A stretch of DNA of 63,920 nucleotides, counting the filler. It is 7 parts of 7 records of this genome, joined end to end, with 100 filler letters (N's around TTAATTAATTAA, not from the genome) between each part and the next. Parts side by side here need not be neighbours in the genome. Positions count along the whole stretch, not along the records: positions 34,954 to 44,667 come from SRR31147125_24164; positions 44,768 to 58,440 come from SRR31147125_24213; 5 more parts are not named here. The stretch is one strand, 5' to 3'. Shown piece after piece: positions 43,290-53,392 of the stretch (the first letter of the stretch is position 1; each line of letters begins with the position of its first letter). The notes beneath the pieces are model-generated. The model searched no databases, was not told the origin of the DNA, and was given only the letters and a program-made list of their open reading frames with translations. Both the position numbers and the translations under genes were made by a program.

Positions 43290-43976
43290 GTGATGATAAA
43301 GACAAAAGACCTTGTAAAAATATTCCGTACAAATGAAGTTGAAACAATAGCACTAAACAGGGTAAACCTTGAAATTAATAAAGGTGAGTTTGTTGCCATT
43401 ATGGGACCTTCTGGCTGCGGTAAGTCTACTCTTTTGAATATAATCGGGCTTCTTGATAATCTAACAAAAGGTGAGCTATATTTTGAAAACACAGACATTT
43501 CAAAGCATACAGAAAAGAAAAGAACAAGCTTAAGAAAAGGAAAAATAGGATTTGTCTTTCAAAACTTCAATCTAATCGAAGAATTATCGGTTTATGAAAA
43601 CATAGAATTGCCACTGCTCTATTTAAGGAAACCTGCTGCTGAACGCAAAGCCAAAATAAATGATGTTTTAGACCGGATTAAAATAGCTCACAGAAAAAAT
43701 CATTTCCCTAAACAATTGTCTGGCGGACAGCAACAAAAGGTTGCCATTGCCCGGGCTATTGTTGCTTCCCCCCAATTAATTCTTGCCGACGAACCAACAG
43801 GAAATCTCGATTCGAAAAACGGGGAAGAAATAATGGATTTATTAACAGAGGTAAATAAAGCTGGCGCAACCATAGTTATGGTGACGCACTCACCTACTGA
43901 TGCAGAAAAAGCCCATCGGATAATTCAACTTTTTGATGGGCACATTATTACTGAAAATATACGCAAGGTACTATAG
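43290..43976 (+). CDS. ABC transporter ATP-binding protein (MacB/LolD-like)
   Basis: [31 protein letters not shown]. Confidence 0.93.
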   Translation: MMIKTKDLVKIFRTNEVETIALNRVNLEINKGEFVAIMGPSGCGKSTLLNIIGLLDNLTKGELYFENTDISKHTEKKRTSLRKGKIGFVFQNFNLIEELSVYENIELPLLYLRKPAAERKAKINDVLDRIKIAHRKNHFPKQLSGGQQQKVAIARAIVASPQLILADEPTGNLDSKNGEEIMDLLTEVNKAGATIVMVTHSPTDAEKAHRIIQLFDGHIITENIRKVL

Positions 43977-43985
43977 ACAACAAAC

Positions 43986-44363
43986 ATGAAAGAAATTCGA
44001 ATTCCCATTTCAGATTTTAATGAAGACCAAATAGCAGAGGTAACGGTTAATATTGATGGAAATAAAACCCAGTATGAATTTCGAGTTGAATCGTTCCCGT
44101 GGAATAAAGATGAGAATCAATCTACAGAAGATTTTATTTCGCAATCGTTATCGAGTATTTACAAACTAAAAGAACATATAGACAGATACAACAAAAACTG
44201 GGAATTACTGCAAATCTACACTCCGGATGAAGATGCAACGCACGTACAGGTTCTTTTAGAAAAAGAAAATAAATTTAATCAAAATAACAAATACCCTAAA
44301 TTAAATAAAATGCAACAGACCATGTGTGAGATTATTACCAAAGCACACGCCGCCTATTGTTAA
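43986..44363 (+). CDS. Hypothetical protein
   Basis: Coding-like ORF coupled to the ABC gene. The 3' end is uncertain; one extra T at about 44255 would end it as ...QVLFRKRK at 44272. Confidence 0.55.
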   Translation: MKEIRIPISDFNEDQIAEVTVNIDGNKTQYEFRVESFPWNKDENQSTEDFISQSLSSIYKLKEHIDRYNKNWELLQIYTPDEDATHVQVLLEKENKFNQNNKYPKLNKMQQTMCEIITKAHAAYC

Positions 44364-44404
44364 TTTGTGTGCTAAATCGGAACCTGGTCATAAAATTTAA
44401 ACAA

Positions 44405-44667
44405 ATGAAAACAATTATATCAACTTTTATCATATTAATACTATTCGTTTTTAATGGAAATTCTCAAACGTGGTCTTTGCAACAATGCATTAATTATGCG
44501 CTTGAGAATAATATTCAAATAAAAAGAGAAAAACTAAATTCTCAATATGCTGAAAATAATTATTTACAGTCAAGATTAAACGTATTACCTGGCATAAATG
44601 CCGGTGCCAATCAAAATTTTAATTTCGGACGTTCGGTTGATCCATTTACGAATGATTTTATTACTCA
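44405..44667 (+). CDS. TolC family outer-membrane efflux protein (partial)
   Basis: Signal peptide followed by WSLQQCINYALENNIQIK...LP.INAG.NQNFNFGRSVDP. Confidence 0.85.
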
Positions 44668-44767
44668 NNNNNNNNNNNNNNNNNNNNNNNNNNNNNNNNN
44701 NNNNNNNNNNNTTAATTAATTAANNNNNNNNNNNNNNNNNNNNNNNNNNNNNNNNNNNNNNNNNNNN
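44668..44767. other. Artificial contig linker
   Basis: N44-TTAATTAATTAA-N44. Confidence 0.99.
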
Positions 44768-44787
44768 AAAATTAGACAGGTATATTA

Positions 44788-45060
44788 CTAGGACTTATTG
44801 TATTTTTGTTCTAATTGGGAAAATTCTGTCATTACATTTTGAAATTCAGATGCTTCTTTTTGAGGCATTGTCAGTTTTGAAAGATCACTGCTGCTGTAGT
44901 CAAAATCATATTTTTTTTCAAAAGTACTCAGTTTTTGTTCCAATTCACCCCATTTGGTTGCATCCTGTTGTTCCATTCGTTCAGGAGGATTGCCATAACT
45001 ACCGCCAGCAATATAATTAAGTGCATCGTTATCAATTTTTTTCTTGTCTGAAATACCCAT
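44788..45060 (-). CDS. Small protein with double-glycine leader (90 aa)
   Basis: Start at 45060 after AAGGAG. Leader MGISDKKKIDNDALNYIAGG, then a 70-aa acidic, probably helical core. Confidence 0.8.
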   Translation of the reverse strand: MGISDKKKIDNDALNYIAGGSYGNPPERMEQQDATKWGELEQKLSTFEKKYDFDYSSSDLSKLTMPQKEASEFQNVMTEFSQLEQKYNKS

Positions 45061-45148
45061 TGAGTTCTCCTTAATAAGTGAAAATAAATAATAAAGCAAA
45101 TACATATAATTTGTCTTTTGCAGTGAAGTAAATTGTTTCTAATTCTTA

Positions 45149-45176
45149 TAGATGAAATAACCAAGGTTATGTTTCA
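45149..45176 (-). promoter_or_regulatory. Shared upstream motif, copy 1 (ECF-like promoter TGAAAC-N16-CATCTA)
   Basis: Minus strand TGAAAC-ATAACCTTGGTTATTT-CATCTA. Confidence 0.6.
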
Positions 45177-45310
45177 CGAATTTTATATTTTGATAATAAA
45201 ATAATAGTATACATAAGCAGAGAAACTAGTATGTGTGCCGGGTAGGGTTAATTTTACTATAGTGTCAATGCCTGTCTGAAAAGTCAATTTGGGAAGAATC
45301 AATGTTGACA

Positions 45311-45586
45311 TTATTCTGTTTTTGATTCATATGTATGAATCTCGGTTGACTGAATCTCTTTGAGCATTCTACTTGCGTTGTCTGTACCAAAGTATTCTGT
45401 AAGAGCTATTTTTGCATCTTTTTCAGATAAGACGTAATCTTTATTGTTAATAGTACAATTATAGGTGTTGTCTGCCTTATTAAACGTTGCTGAATATTCT
45501 ATTCCATCGTAAGTCCCCTTAAGAACTCCACCTGCAATCGAATCAAGTGTTGAGTTGTCTATTTTGTTTTTGTCTTTAATACCCAT
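45311..45586 (-). CDS. Small protein with double-glycine leader (91 aa)
   Basis: AAGGAG RBS. Leader MGIKDKNKIDNSTLDSIAGG, then a 71-aa core unrelated to that of the neighbouring gene. Confidence 0.8.
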   Translation of the reverse strand: MGIKDKNKIDNSTLDSIAGGVLKGTYDGIEYSATFNKADNTYNCTINNKDYVLSEKDAKIALTEYFGTDNASRMLKEIQSTEIHTYESKTE

Positions 45587-45715
45587 AATTTGCTCCTTGT
45601 AAAAAGTAATATAACTGTAGAGATCAGTATAATTTACTGTAAAACCTCAGGAATAGTTCGTAATGCTAATTGTTGAAAGATCAATAATCATGTAATTATT
45701 CATTTCTCTTTATTG

Positions 45716-45743
45716 TAGATGATTTTGAGAGCAAAATGTTTCA
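45716..45743 (-). promoter_or_regulatory. Shared upstream motif, copy 2 (ECF-like promoter TGAAAC-N16-CATCTA)
   Basis: Minus strand TGAAAC-ATTTTGCTCTCAAAAT-CATCTA. Confidence 0.6.
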
Positions 45744-45766
45744 TTTTAAATTGTTATTGTATAAAA

Positions 45767-45800
45767 TAAACCGGTCTGAAATAATTTCAGACCGGTTTTA
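45767..45800 (-). terminator. Intrinsic terminator of kduI
   Basis: aaaccggtctgaaa-taa-tttcagaccggttt perfect stem, T-rich beyond it on the minus strand. Confidence 0.85.
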
Positions 45801-45833
45801 TGTGTGTTGTGATGCATGTGTTTTAGGTTTTAC

Positions 45834-46664
45834 TTATTTTAAATCATCGATAGTAAGGTGATCCATGTCAGAGAAGACCTGATTCTCTCCGCCCATGCCC
45901 CAGCAGAATGTGTATGAACTGGTACCGACACCTGAGTGGATTGACCAGAGTGGTGAAAGAACTGCCTGCTTGGCTTTTGTGATGACGTGGCGTGTGTTGT
46001 CTGGCTCTCCAACGTAATGGAATACTGCTGCGTCTTCTGGCATTTCCAGGTAGAGATATATCTCTGTACGGCGGGCATGTGTGTGGCATGGCATAGTGTT
46101 CCAGACACTTCCTTCAGCAAGAATTGTTACACCCATAACCAGCTGACAACTCTTGACACCATCTGGGTGGATGTACTTATGAATTGTACGTTCGTTGCTT
46201 TCTTTCTGGCTGCCAAGGTGTAGTGCTTCGGTATCTTCAATCTTGATTAGTGAAGTTGGGTAGGCTTTATGTGCTGGGTAACTAAGGATGTAGAAGTTTG
46301 CCGGATTCTTGCTATCCTTGCTGGTGAATTTGATCTCTTTGCTGCCCATACCGACGTAAAGACAGTCGTATTTGCCCATTGGGTAGGCTGTGCCGTCAAT
46401 AGTTACTGTGCCTTCATCGGCAATATTGAGGATACCGATCTCTCTGCGCTGAGCGAAGAAGTCAGAACCGAGTTCTTTGCCGCCTAGAAGTTCAAGTTCT
46501 GAATTTGTAGGTACTGCACCACCTGCGATTGCTCTCTCGCATTCACAGTATGTAAGGCTGATTTCGCCTGTTTTGAAAAGATCTGCAAGTAGGAAATTAT
46601 CTCTTAGTTCCTGCTGATCCATTGTGCGGTATCTGATATTATCTGTTGTATAGCGTGTGTTCAA
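45834..46664 (-). CDS. kduI: 5-dehydro-4-deoxy-D-glucuronate isomerase
   Basis: RREIGILNI, SCQLVMG.T.L..GSVWNTMPCHTH.RR.E.Y.Y, WSIHSG.GT, WGMGGENQ.F.DMD. Confidence 0.95.
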   Translation of the reverse strand: MNTRYTTDNIRYRTMDQQELRDNFLLADLFKTGEISLTYCECERAIAGGAVPTNSELELLGGKELGSDFFAQRREIGILNIADEGTVTIDGTAYPMGKYDCLYVGMGSKEIKFTSKDSKNPANFYILSYPAHKAYPTSLIKIEDTEALHLGSQKESNERTIHKYIHPDGVKSCQLVMGVTILAEGSVWNTMPCHTHARRTEIYLYLEMPEDAAVFHYVGEPDNTRHVITKAKQAVLSPLWSIHSGVGTSSYTFCWGMGGENQVFSDMDHLTIDDLK

Positions 46665-46776
46665 TGTTCCACTCCTTCTTTAAAATTAGAAATATATTAT
46701 TATAAAATAAATTAAATAAAAAATTTGCTCAAGAAGTTTAAGTAAGTATACTATCTCTAACAGCAAATTAATAAAC

Positions 46777-46811
46777 GTTCAAATATGAACCGTGATGTTT
46801 ATATATAAACA
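46777..46811. promoter_or_regulatory. Two tandem palindromes, putative IclR operators
   Basis: GTTCA-AATA-TGAAC (46777-46790) and perfect TGTTTATATATAAACA (46796-46811), just downstream of a minus-strand TTGACA-N16-TAAACT promoter for kduI. Confidence 0.65.
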
Positions 46812-46863
46812 GTTTACCTCAAGCTTTGACTTTGTCAAGTTTATTTTTATGTTATATAATTAA

Positions 46864-47688
46864 ATGGATGTTTTTTGGGGGATATTCGTAAAAATTGGTG
46901 GTTTAATAGGAATGAGAAGTATGAGTGCAGATGCTGGAAAATATATTATACCGAATTTGAAAAAATCCTGTCAGATAATAGAATTTATTACTGAACAGGA
47001 AAAAGGGTTCTCAATTTCTGAAATATCTAAGGAATTGAAGATTCCAAGAACTTCTGTGATGAGGATTTTAAAGACTCTAGAATCAGAAGACTTTGTTGAG
47101 CAGGTTGATAATGAATATATACTTGGGAAGCGCTTGCTTCGTATTGCGCTATTGACTCTGGAGAAGACAAGCCTGCGTACAGTGGCTGCACCTTTTCTGC
47201 ATGAGTTGTCTGAGCTTACTCAGGAGACAGCCCACCTTGCGGTATTGTCAGGTAATAAATCATTGCTGATTGATGTCTGTGACAGTCCAAATCCTCTGAG
47301 AGTAGCTTCCAGAAGCGGGACGCTTGTTGAGTTGTATTGCAGCTCTACTGGTAAGGTATTTCTTGCGTACGCTATAGAGGATATCGATACTCTTTATGCT
47401 AATACTGAGTTTATTGCTTATACTGAATATACTGCTGATAGTGTTGCTAGAGTAAAGAAAGATGTAGAGGATACTCTGGAGATAGGATATGGGTTTGATG
47501 ATGAAGAGTTTCGACCTGGGGTGAGATGTGTGGCTGTGCCGATCTGGGGATTGAATGAAAAACTTGTAGGGGCTATTGGGATTACTGCAGGAGCAAATGC
47601 TCTGAATGCTAAAAAAAGAAATGCAATGGTAAAACATATCAAAACAGTTGCTGCAAAAATAGGTGATGCGATGTCACTCAAATCCTGA
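46864..47688 (+). CDS. IclR family transcriptional regulator (KdgR-like); start may be 46911 or 46921
   Basis: HTH SISEISKELKIPRTSVMRILKTL, ETAHLAVL, SSTGKVFLA, DDEEFRPGVRCVAVPI. Divergent from kduI. Confidence 0.92.
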   Translation: MDVFWGIFVKIGGLIGMRSMSADAGKYIIPNLKKSCQIIEFITEQEKGFSISEISKELKIPRTSVMRILKTLESEDFVEQVDNEYILGKRLLRIALLTLEKTSLRTVAAPFLHELSELTQETAHLAVLSGNKSLLIDVCDSPNPLRVASRSGTLVELYCSSTGKVFLAYAIEDIDTLYANTEFIAYTEYTADSVARVKKDVEDTLEIGYGFDDEEFRPGVRCVAVPIWGLNEKLVGAIGITAGANALNAKKRNAMVKHIKTVAAKIGDAMSLKS

Positions 47689-47744
47689 CAATAAATATCA
47701 TATTGATATAAGCAATAAATTTGTATGCTGATTCTGTAAATTTC

Positions 47745-47786
47745 ATAATAAATGCTGAAGACTAAATCGTCTTCAGCATTTATTAT
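47745..47786 (+). terminator. Intrinsic terminator after IclR
   Basis: ataataaatgctgaagac-taaatc-gtcttcagcatttattat perfect 18-bp stem. Confidence 0.85.
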
Positions 47787-48039
47787 TTCAGGTAAGCAGG
47801 CAGTAGAAGTGTGTCAAGAAATATTGTTGTTTTTGCAAAAATGTAGAGAAAACTAACGGAAATGTAATATGAAGAAATGATTCTCTTTTGTGTGATAATG
47901 AGCATTAGTTATATCTCTTTATATAATAAGATATTATAAGTGATATGTCTGTATTGTGTTTTCTGGAACTTTAATTGCTTAATTATCTATAAATCTACAG
48001 CATAAAACTAGAAGTTTAAGAATTGAAAGGCAGGTTGCT

Positions 48040-50464
48040 ATGAGTAAGAATAAATTCAGTATTTTTGATCCGGTTGTGGCTTATGAGCATAGAGAATTTT
48101 ATGAACAGATTGTAAGTGAATTGAATGTTATTCTGCCAGTATGCAATCAGGGGAAATGTCTGTCGGCTCAGATAAGCAGAAATATTACTGAGCAGGAGAC
48201 AATAAAAGAGCTAATGGAGCGGGTCGAGAGGTTCAGAGGAGAGTTGCTGGAAGGGACCAAGAATCTCTTTGGGCAATTTTATCAGTCTAAAGAGATATTT
48301 CATAATATGATTCAGTCGACTGTGGCTTATGTGAAGATAAATCTCATGGACAGGAACTTGCTGGAGAGGAGTTGCGATGTGCGCTGGTGGGCACTGGAGA
48401 TTGCTTTCTCAAAGTGTATAGAAAGATTCAATAAAAATAGAGAAAATCTGGAGAATTTATTAAAGGTTGCAACTGAATACAAGGCAAGCCTTCAGGCGAG
48501 AGAAAAGAAGCTGATACGGAGTAAGAGTTGTTTCTTCAGTAGAGGAACCAAGAAGCTATATGAGATAAATCAGATAGATAATAAGTTGGAAATGCTTGAA
48601 TCATTGCTTGAAATTATCACTAATGTAGAGTTACTCTTCAAAGATGAAAAGCTTGATCGTTTTATTCATGTATATGGCATGATAAAAGAGCATTTTACTA
48701 AAGAAGATAAAGAAAATATTATTATAGAGTTGCTGGAAAGAATTTCTGGGGATGTGGAAAAACTCCGTGGAGATATTGAGTATGCCAATGAAAGGCTGAA
48801 GACTATCAACAGTTCATATACTTTGTATCGAGATCTGATTATTTGTGATAATGCCGGATATATTATTGCTACCTCAAATGAAGAGCGGAGAGAGAAGATT
48901 CAGGGTGTTAATATTGCAGATGAGAAGTGGTTTAAAAAGGCTATGGAGACCACTGATGGTACAGAATATTATGCGCAGGATTTTGCTCCTTCTGCTGCTG
49001 AAGAGCAAGACTCTCTGATCTACTCCACTGCTGTACGTACTGGCAGCAAGGAAGATGGTAAGGCAATTGGAGCAATGGGTATATTCTTTGATTTTCAGGA
49101 TGAGGCTGGGATAATTCTGGCTGATTATACACCGAAGAATAAAGATGGTATTATAGAAGAAGGCTGGGGAAGTTTCTTTAGTAACAGTGATGGGATAATT
49201 ATTGCCAGCAGCAATAAGGATAATAATGAAGTTGGTTCACGTACTCATATTCCGCAGTCGCACCTCAATCTGGAGGCAGGGGAGACAAAGAGCAGTTACG
49301 GGTTCTTTAATAATGAAGACTCAGCCTTTTACTGCTAAGACTGATGGTTACCTTGACTATAAAGGTCTTGGCTGGAGCTCGCATATGATTGTGCCGAGAA
49401 AGCTGATATTCTCCAGATCAAATGCAGAGGCAGAGAATGGAGTTGAGATGAATGTCTTGCTTAATTCCTCAATTATACCAGAAATTAATAAGGAAATTTA
49501 CAATAACGTAGAACATGATAAACGGGCGATGCAGCTTATTTCAACCAATGGGATGCTGTTTGCAGCTGATCTTGGAGTAAGCGGGCAGGCATTAAGCCCG
49601 ATCTTTCAGCAGATTACCAGAACTGGTGACTTTGCCACTAAATGCATGGAGGATTTATTGCAGGAGATGGCTGTCGATGAGTTGAGCTTGAATTTTCAGA
49701 CTTTACGACTTTTCAGTAAGCAGGCGATCGATCTGATTGATAGAAATCTCTTTGAGAGGTCGGCAGATATCTGCTGGTGGTCTACAGATAAGTATCTGAG
49801 TGATGCGCTGGTACAGAAGACAGAGGAGAGCGCAAAAGAAGCAGTGCAGCGGTTAAAGGTAATAAATAGTAGTTATACAATGTATCGTAACCTGATCTTA
49901 GTAGATATGACAGGGAATATTATTGCCTGTTCCAGTCCGGCGCTTTCCGGTGGTATTCAGCATATAAATGTATCTGGGCATGAATGGTTCGCCAAGGGGA
50001 TCATAACAGACAGTAATGAGCAGTATGCAGTGGCTGACGTGCAGAACTCTGAGCTTGAACCATCGAAAACAAGAAGTCTGATTTATTCCTCAGGTATATG
50101 TAATTCAGATAGCAGTGATCCACTAGGAGTATTAGGGATTCTCTTTGACTGGGACACAGAAGCTGGGAAGATGCTGGCGAAATGTCTTCCACGCAATAGT
50201 GAAGGTGAGAAGATTAGGGGCAGTGTGGCATTTTATGCTAATAAAGACGGGGTTATTATTGAGAGTACAGATAAGCAGAGTTTTGGGGTTGGTGAGTGTC
50301 ATGAGAGAATTGCGAAAATCTGTAAGAAACTTTCAGCTGGTGAGTCACATTCAGAAATACTGGAGGTCGAAGGTGTGCGCTATATTATTGGTTCAACAAA
50401 AACCAAAGGTTATCGAGAGTATCGTGGTCTTGATTGGAGTGCGCATGTCTTACGCCCTTTTTAA
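48040..50464 (+). CDS. Soluble, internally duplicated Cache-like/degenerate-MCP chemosensory protein (about 808 aa); frameshifted at about 49327-49330
   Basis: Two homologous halves: NLMDRNLLERSCDVRWW / DLIDRNLFERSADICWW; RLKTINSSYTLYRDLII / RLKVINSSYTMYRNLIL; KTDGYLDYKGLGWSSH / KTKGYREYRGLDWSAH. No TM segment. Adding 2 nt at the T4 run joins the ORFs and gives a gap-free repeat alignment. Confidence 0.75.
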
Positions 50465-50522
50465 AATAATAGATTTATAATTTGAAAGTTATAAATAGAG
50501 ATTATTTTGAGAGAAGAATATT

Positions 50523-53374
50523 ATGATGGATGAAGAATTAATAGAAAATTTTAAGATAGAATCAGAAGAGCATCTTGAGTCTATGGAGAAAGAGTTGCTG
50601 GTGCTGGAGTCGATTGACAGTACTGCAACTGAAGAATTGCTGGAGAGTCTTAATTCAGCATTTCGAGCTGCTCATTCACTAAAAGGGGCTGCAGGTTTTC
50701 TCGGTTTTAAAAACATTACAGCTGTAACGCATGCAATGGAGAGCATTCTTGGTAAGTTGCGTGATGAAGCGGTTGTGCCGGAGGCTGAGTGCTGTAATCT
50801 GTTATTTTCGGCTACTGATAGTCTGATAGGGTTATTTGATGAACTTGAAGATTCTGATAGTCTTGATGTTGATGCAATAATTGCGGAGCTGAATAAGTAC
50901 GCAGAGATACCAGTTAATGCGCCAAAGAAACAAAGCAGCAATGCAGCTGTTGCAGGGGTGTATAAGTATGTAGTTACAGCTGATGAAATGAAAATTTATA
51001 GTGAGTTACAAATGCTCGGTGAGGTGCTGAGTCAGAAGATGAATCCTGCGGGGAAATTTGAATTTGTGCTGGAGTCTGCTTTGGAGCTTGAGTTGTTGCC
51101 TATAGCACTGAGTGAGCATGATTGTGATATTGAGGAGTATGTAAAGCCGGTAAAGGTGGCAAAGAAAGAGACAAAGGTTGTAGAGAGAAAAATATGTCAA
51201 AAGCAGGATGATGCCTCAGTAGAGAAAATAATTAAGAAGGAAAAAAAGCCGCAGCCAGTACGGATTCAACTGTGCGTGTCTCGGTTGCACTACTTGATGA
51301 ATTGATGTCGCTTGCCGGGGAATTAGTGCTTGTTAGAAACCAGTGCTTGCGCTGGGTGAGTGAGCATGAGGATAATAAAGCTGTAGAGGTAGCTGCAAGG
51401 CTTGATACAGTGACAACGGAATTACAGACAACAATTCTGCGTACTCGCATGCAGCCGCTGGATAAAGTCTTTTCTCGTCTGCCTCGTATTGTCAGGGATA
51501 TTGCAAAAGTTCAGGAAAAGAAGATCAAGCTCGATATTGTCGGTAAGGAAGTTGAAGTAGATAAGACAATTCTGGAATCAATAGTCGATCCACTCACACA
51601 TCTTCTCCGTAATAGTTGTGATCATGGAGTTGAGGATCCTGCGGCAAGAGCTGGTAAGGGCAAGGATGAGACTGGTAATATAACTGTTGCTGCGCAGCAG
51701 GAGAGTGGTCATATTTTGATTACTATCAAAGATGACGGCAAAGGGATAGATCCTGATATTATTGCTGGCAGTGCGGTAAAGAAAAATATGATAGAAGAGC
51801 ATGAACTGGCATCAATGAGTGAGCAGGAGAAAATTTCTCTAATTCTTATGCCGGGATTTTCTACAGCAGAGACTGTCAGTAATATTTCTGGGCGTGGTGT
51901 TGGGATGGATGTAGTTCGGTCTTCAATTGAAAAACTGGGTGGTACCCTGGAGATACAATCTGAAATTAATAAAGGGACTGAGATTATTCTATCATTACCG
52001 CTGACTCTCGCTATTATCCAGAGTCTGGTGATTGCTGAGGGTGATGCCCGTTATCTTATTCCACGAATAAATCTGGAGGAAGTGATTAGTCTTTCCGGGT
52101 GTGAGATAAAGAATAGAATTAAAGCAGTCAATGGTCAGGAGGTACTCAATTACCATGAGAGTCTCTTGCAGTTGGTCAGGCTGGGAGAGGTGTTTGATAG
52201 TTCTGAAATATTTGATACAAAAAAGAGAGAAGAAATATCTGTAAAATATCAGCATGAAGCCTGCAGTAACAGTTATGATTTTACTACTACTGGAAACAGT
52301 CTGGATATTGTGGTGGTGAGAATTGGTCAGAAGAGATTCGGGCTGATAGTCGACAAGGCTCAGGAGACAGAAGAGATTGTGGTCAAGCCACTCCATCCGG
52401 CGCAGAGCAATATAAAAATATTTCTTGGATCGACTATTATGGGTGATGGAGCAACATCGCTTATTCTTGATATTGATGGTATTGCCAGTCATGCGCTCAA
52501 TGAAATTCGTTATGTTGAGAAAGAGGCAGTGCAGGAAGAAAATATTATTCATTCTGAAGCTTCTCAGAAAATTCTTGTCTTTAAGGCTGGGGCGGAAGAG
52601 CAATTTGCTCTGGCGTTATCATTTATCAGAAGAATCTATACTATCAATCTGCAGGATATTCAGAATGTTGGCGGAGAGGAATTTATTCAGATTGGTGATA
52701 AGACCATAAGAGTTGCGTGGCTCAATAAAGTACTTGGCTATAAGAATATGGTTGAGAACTTTAACGAAGAAGTCTATCTTATCATGCCTCGCTTTGGCAG
52801 CTATAGCTGTGGTATTGTCGCTACTGCAATTGAGGGTATTATTGAGATGATTGTCAGTTTTGATGAATCTATGATGAAGCAGGAAGGAGTGCTTGGGAAA
52901 TCGCAGGTCGGTAAGAGGCTGACAGTATTTCCTGATATATATTATGTCTGTGAGACGGTATTGGGGGCTGATATTACCGATATGTCTTTACAGCTCAATA
53001 AAAATGTTATCTCGAAGAAGGTGCTGATTGCTGAGGATACACCATTTTTCAGGCAGCTTATCAAGACATATCTGGTAGATGAAAAACTCAATGTTGATAC
53101 TGCCAGTAATGGTGAAGAGGCATTTGAGCTTTTAAACAAGAAAGATTATGATCTGCTGATATCTGATATTGAAATGCCGAAACTGAACGGTATTGAATTG
53201 ATAAAGAAAGTCCGTTCTCTTGAGAAGTTTAAAAATCTGCCAGCAATCTCTCTTACCTCGCTCAGTACAGAGAGTGACAGGAAGATGTGTCTGGAAGCTG
53301 GTTTTGATAATTATCTGGCAAAGCTCAATCGGGAAGAATTTCATAAAACGCTTAATGAAATTTTTAATGATTGA
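50523..53374 (+). CDS. cheA: Hybrid chemotaxis kinase (HPT, dimerisation, HATPase, CheW, CheW, REC); frameshifted at 51241-51247
   Basis: FRAAHSLKGAAGFLG, LAGELVLVRNQ, HLLRNSCDHG, DDGKG, GRGVGMDVV, LPLTLAI, C-terminal REC (AEDT, SDIEMP). One extra A in the A7 run joins the ORFs. Confidence 0.93.
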
Positions 53375-53392
53375 TTATCAGGGAAATAATTT

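Noticed and set aside
45061-45105. ORF-track 15-aa N-terminal extension of the first GG-leader protein
   Set aside because: The AAGGAG RBS and homology with the paralogue place the start at 45060.
44405-45586. TolC/ABC genes apparently next to the GG-leader proteins, suggesting an export system
   Set aside because: They lie on different contigs separated by a linker and probably come from different organisms. The ABC ATPase also lacks a C39 domain.
51241-51247. Programmed frameshift or phase variation at A7 in cheA (and similar runs elsewhere)
   Set aside because: The same short-by-one pattern hits essential genes in unrelated contigs, so sequencing error is more parsimonious.
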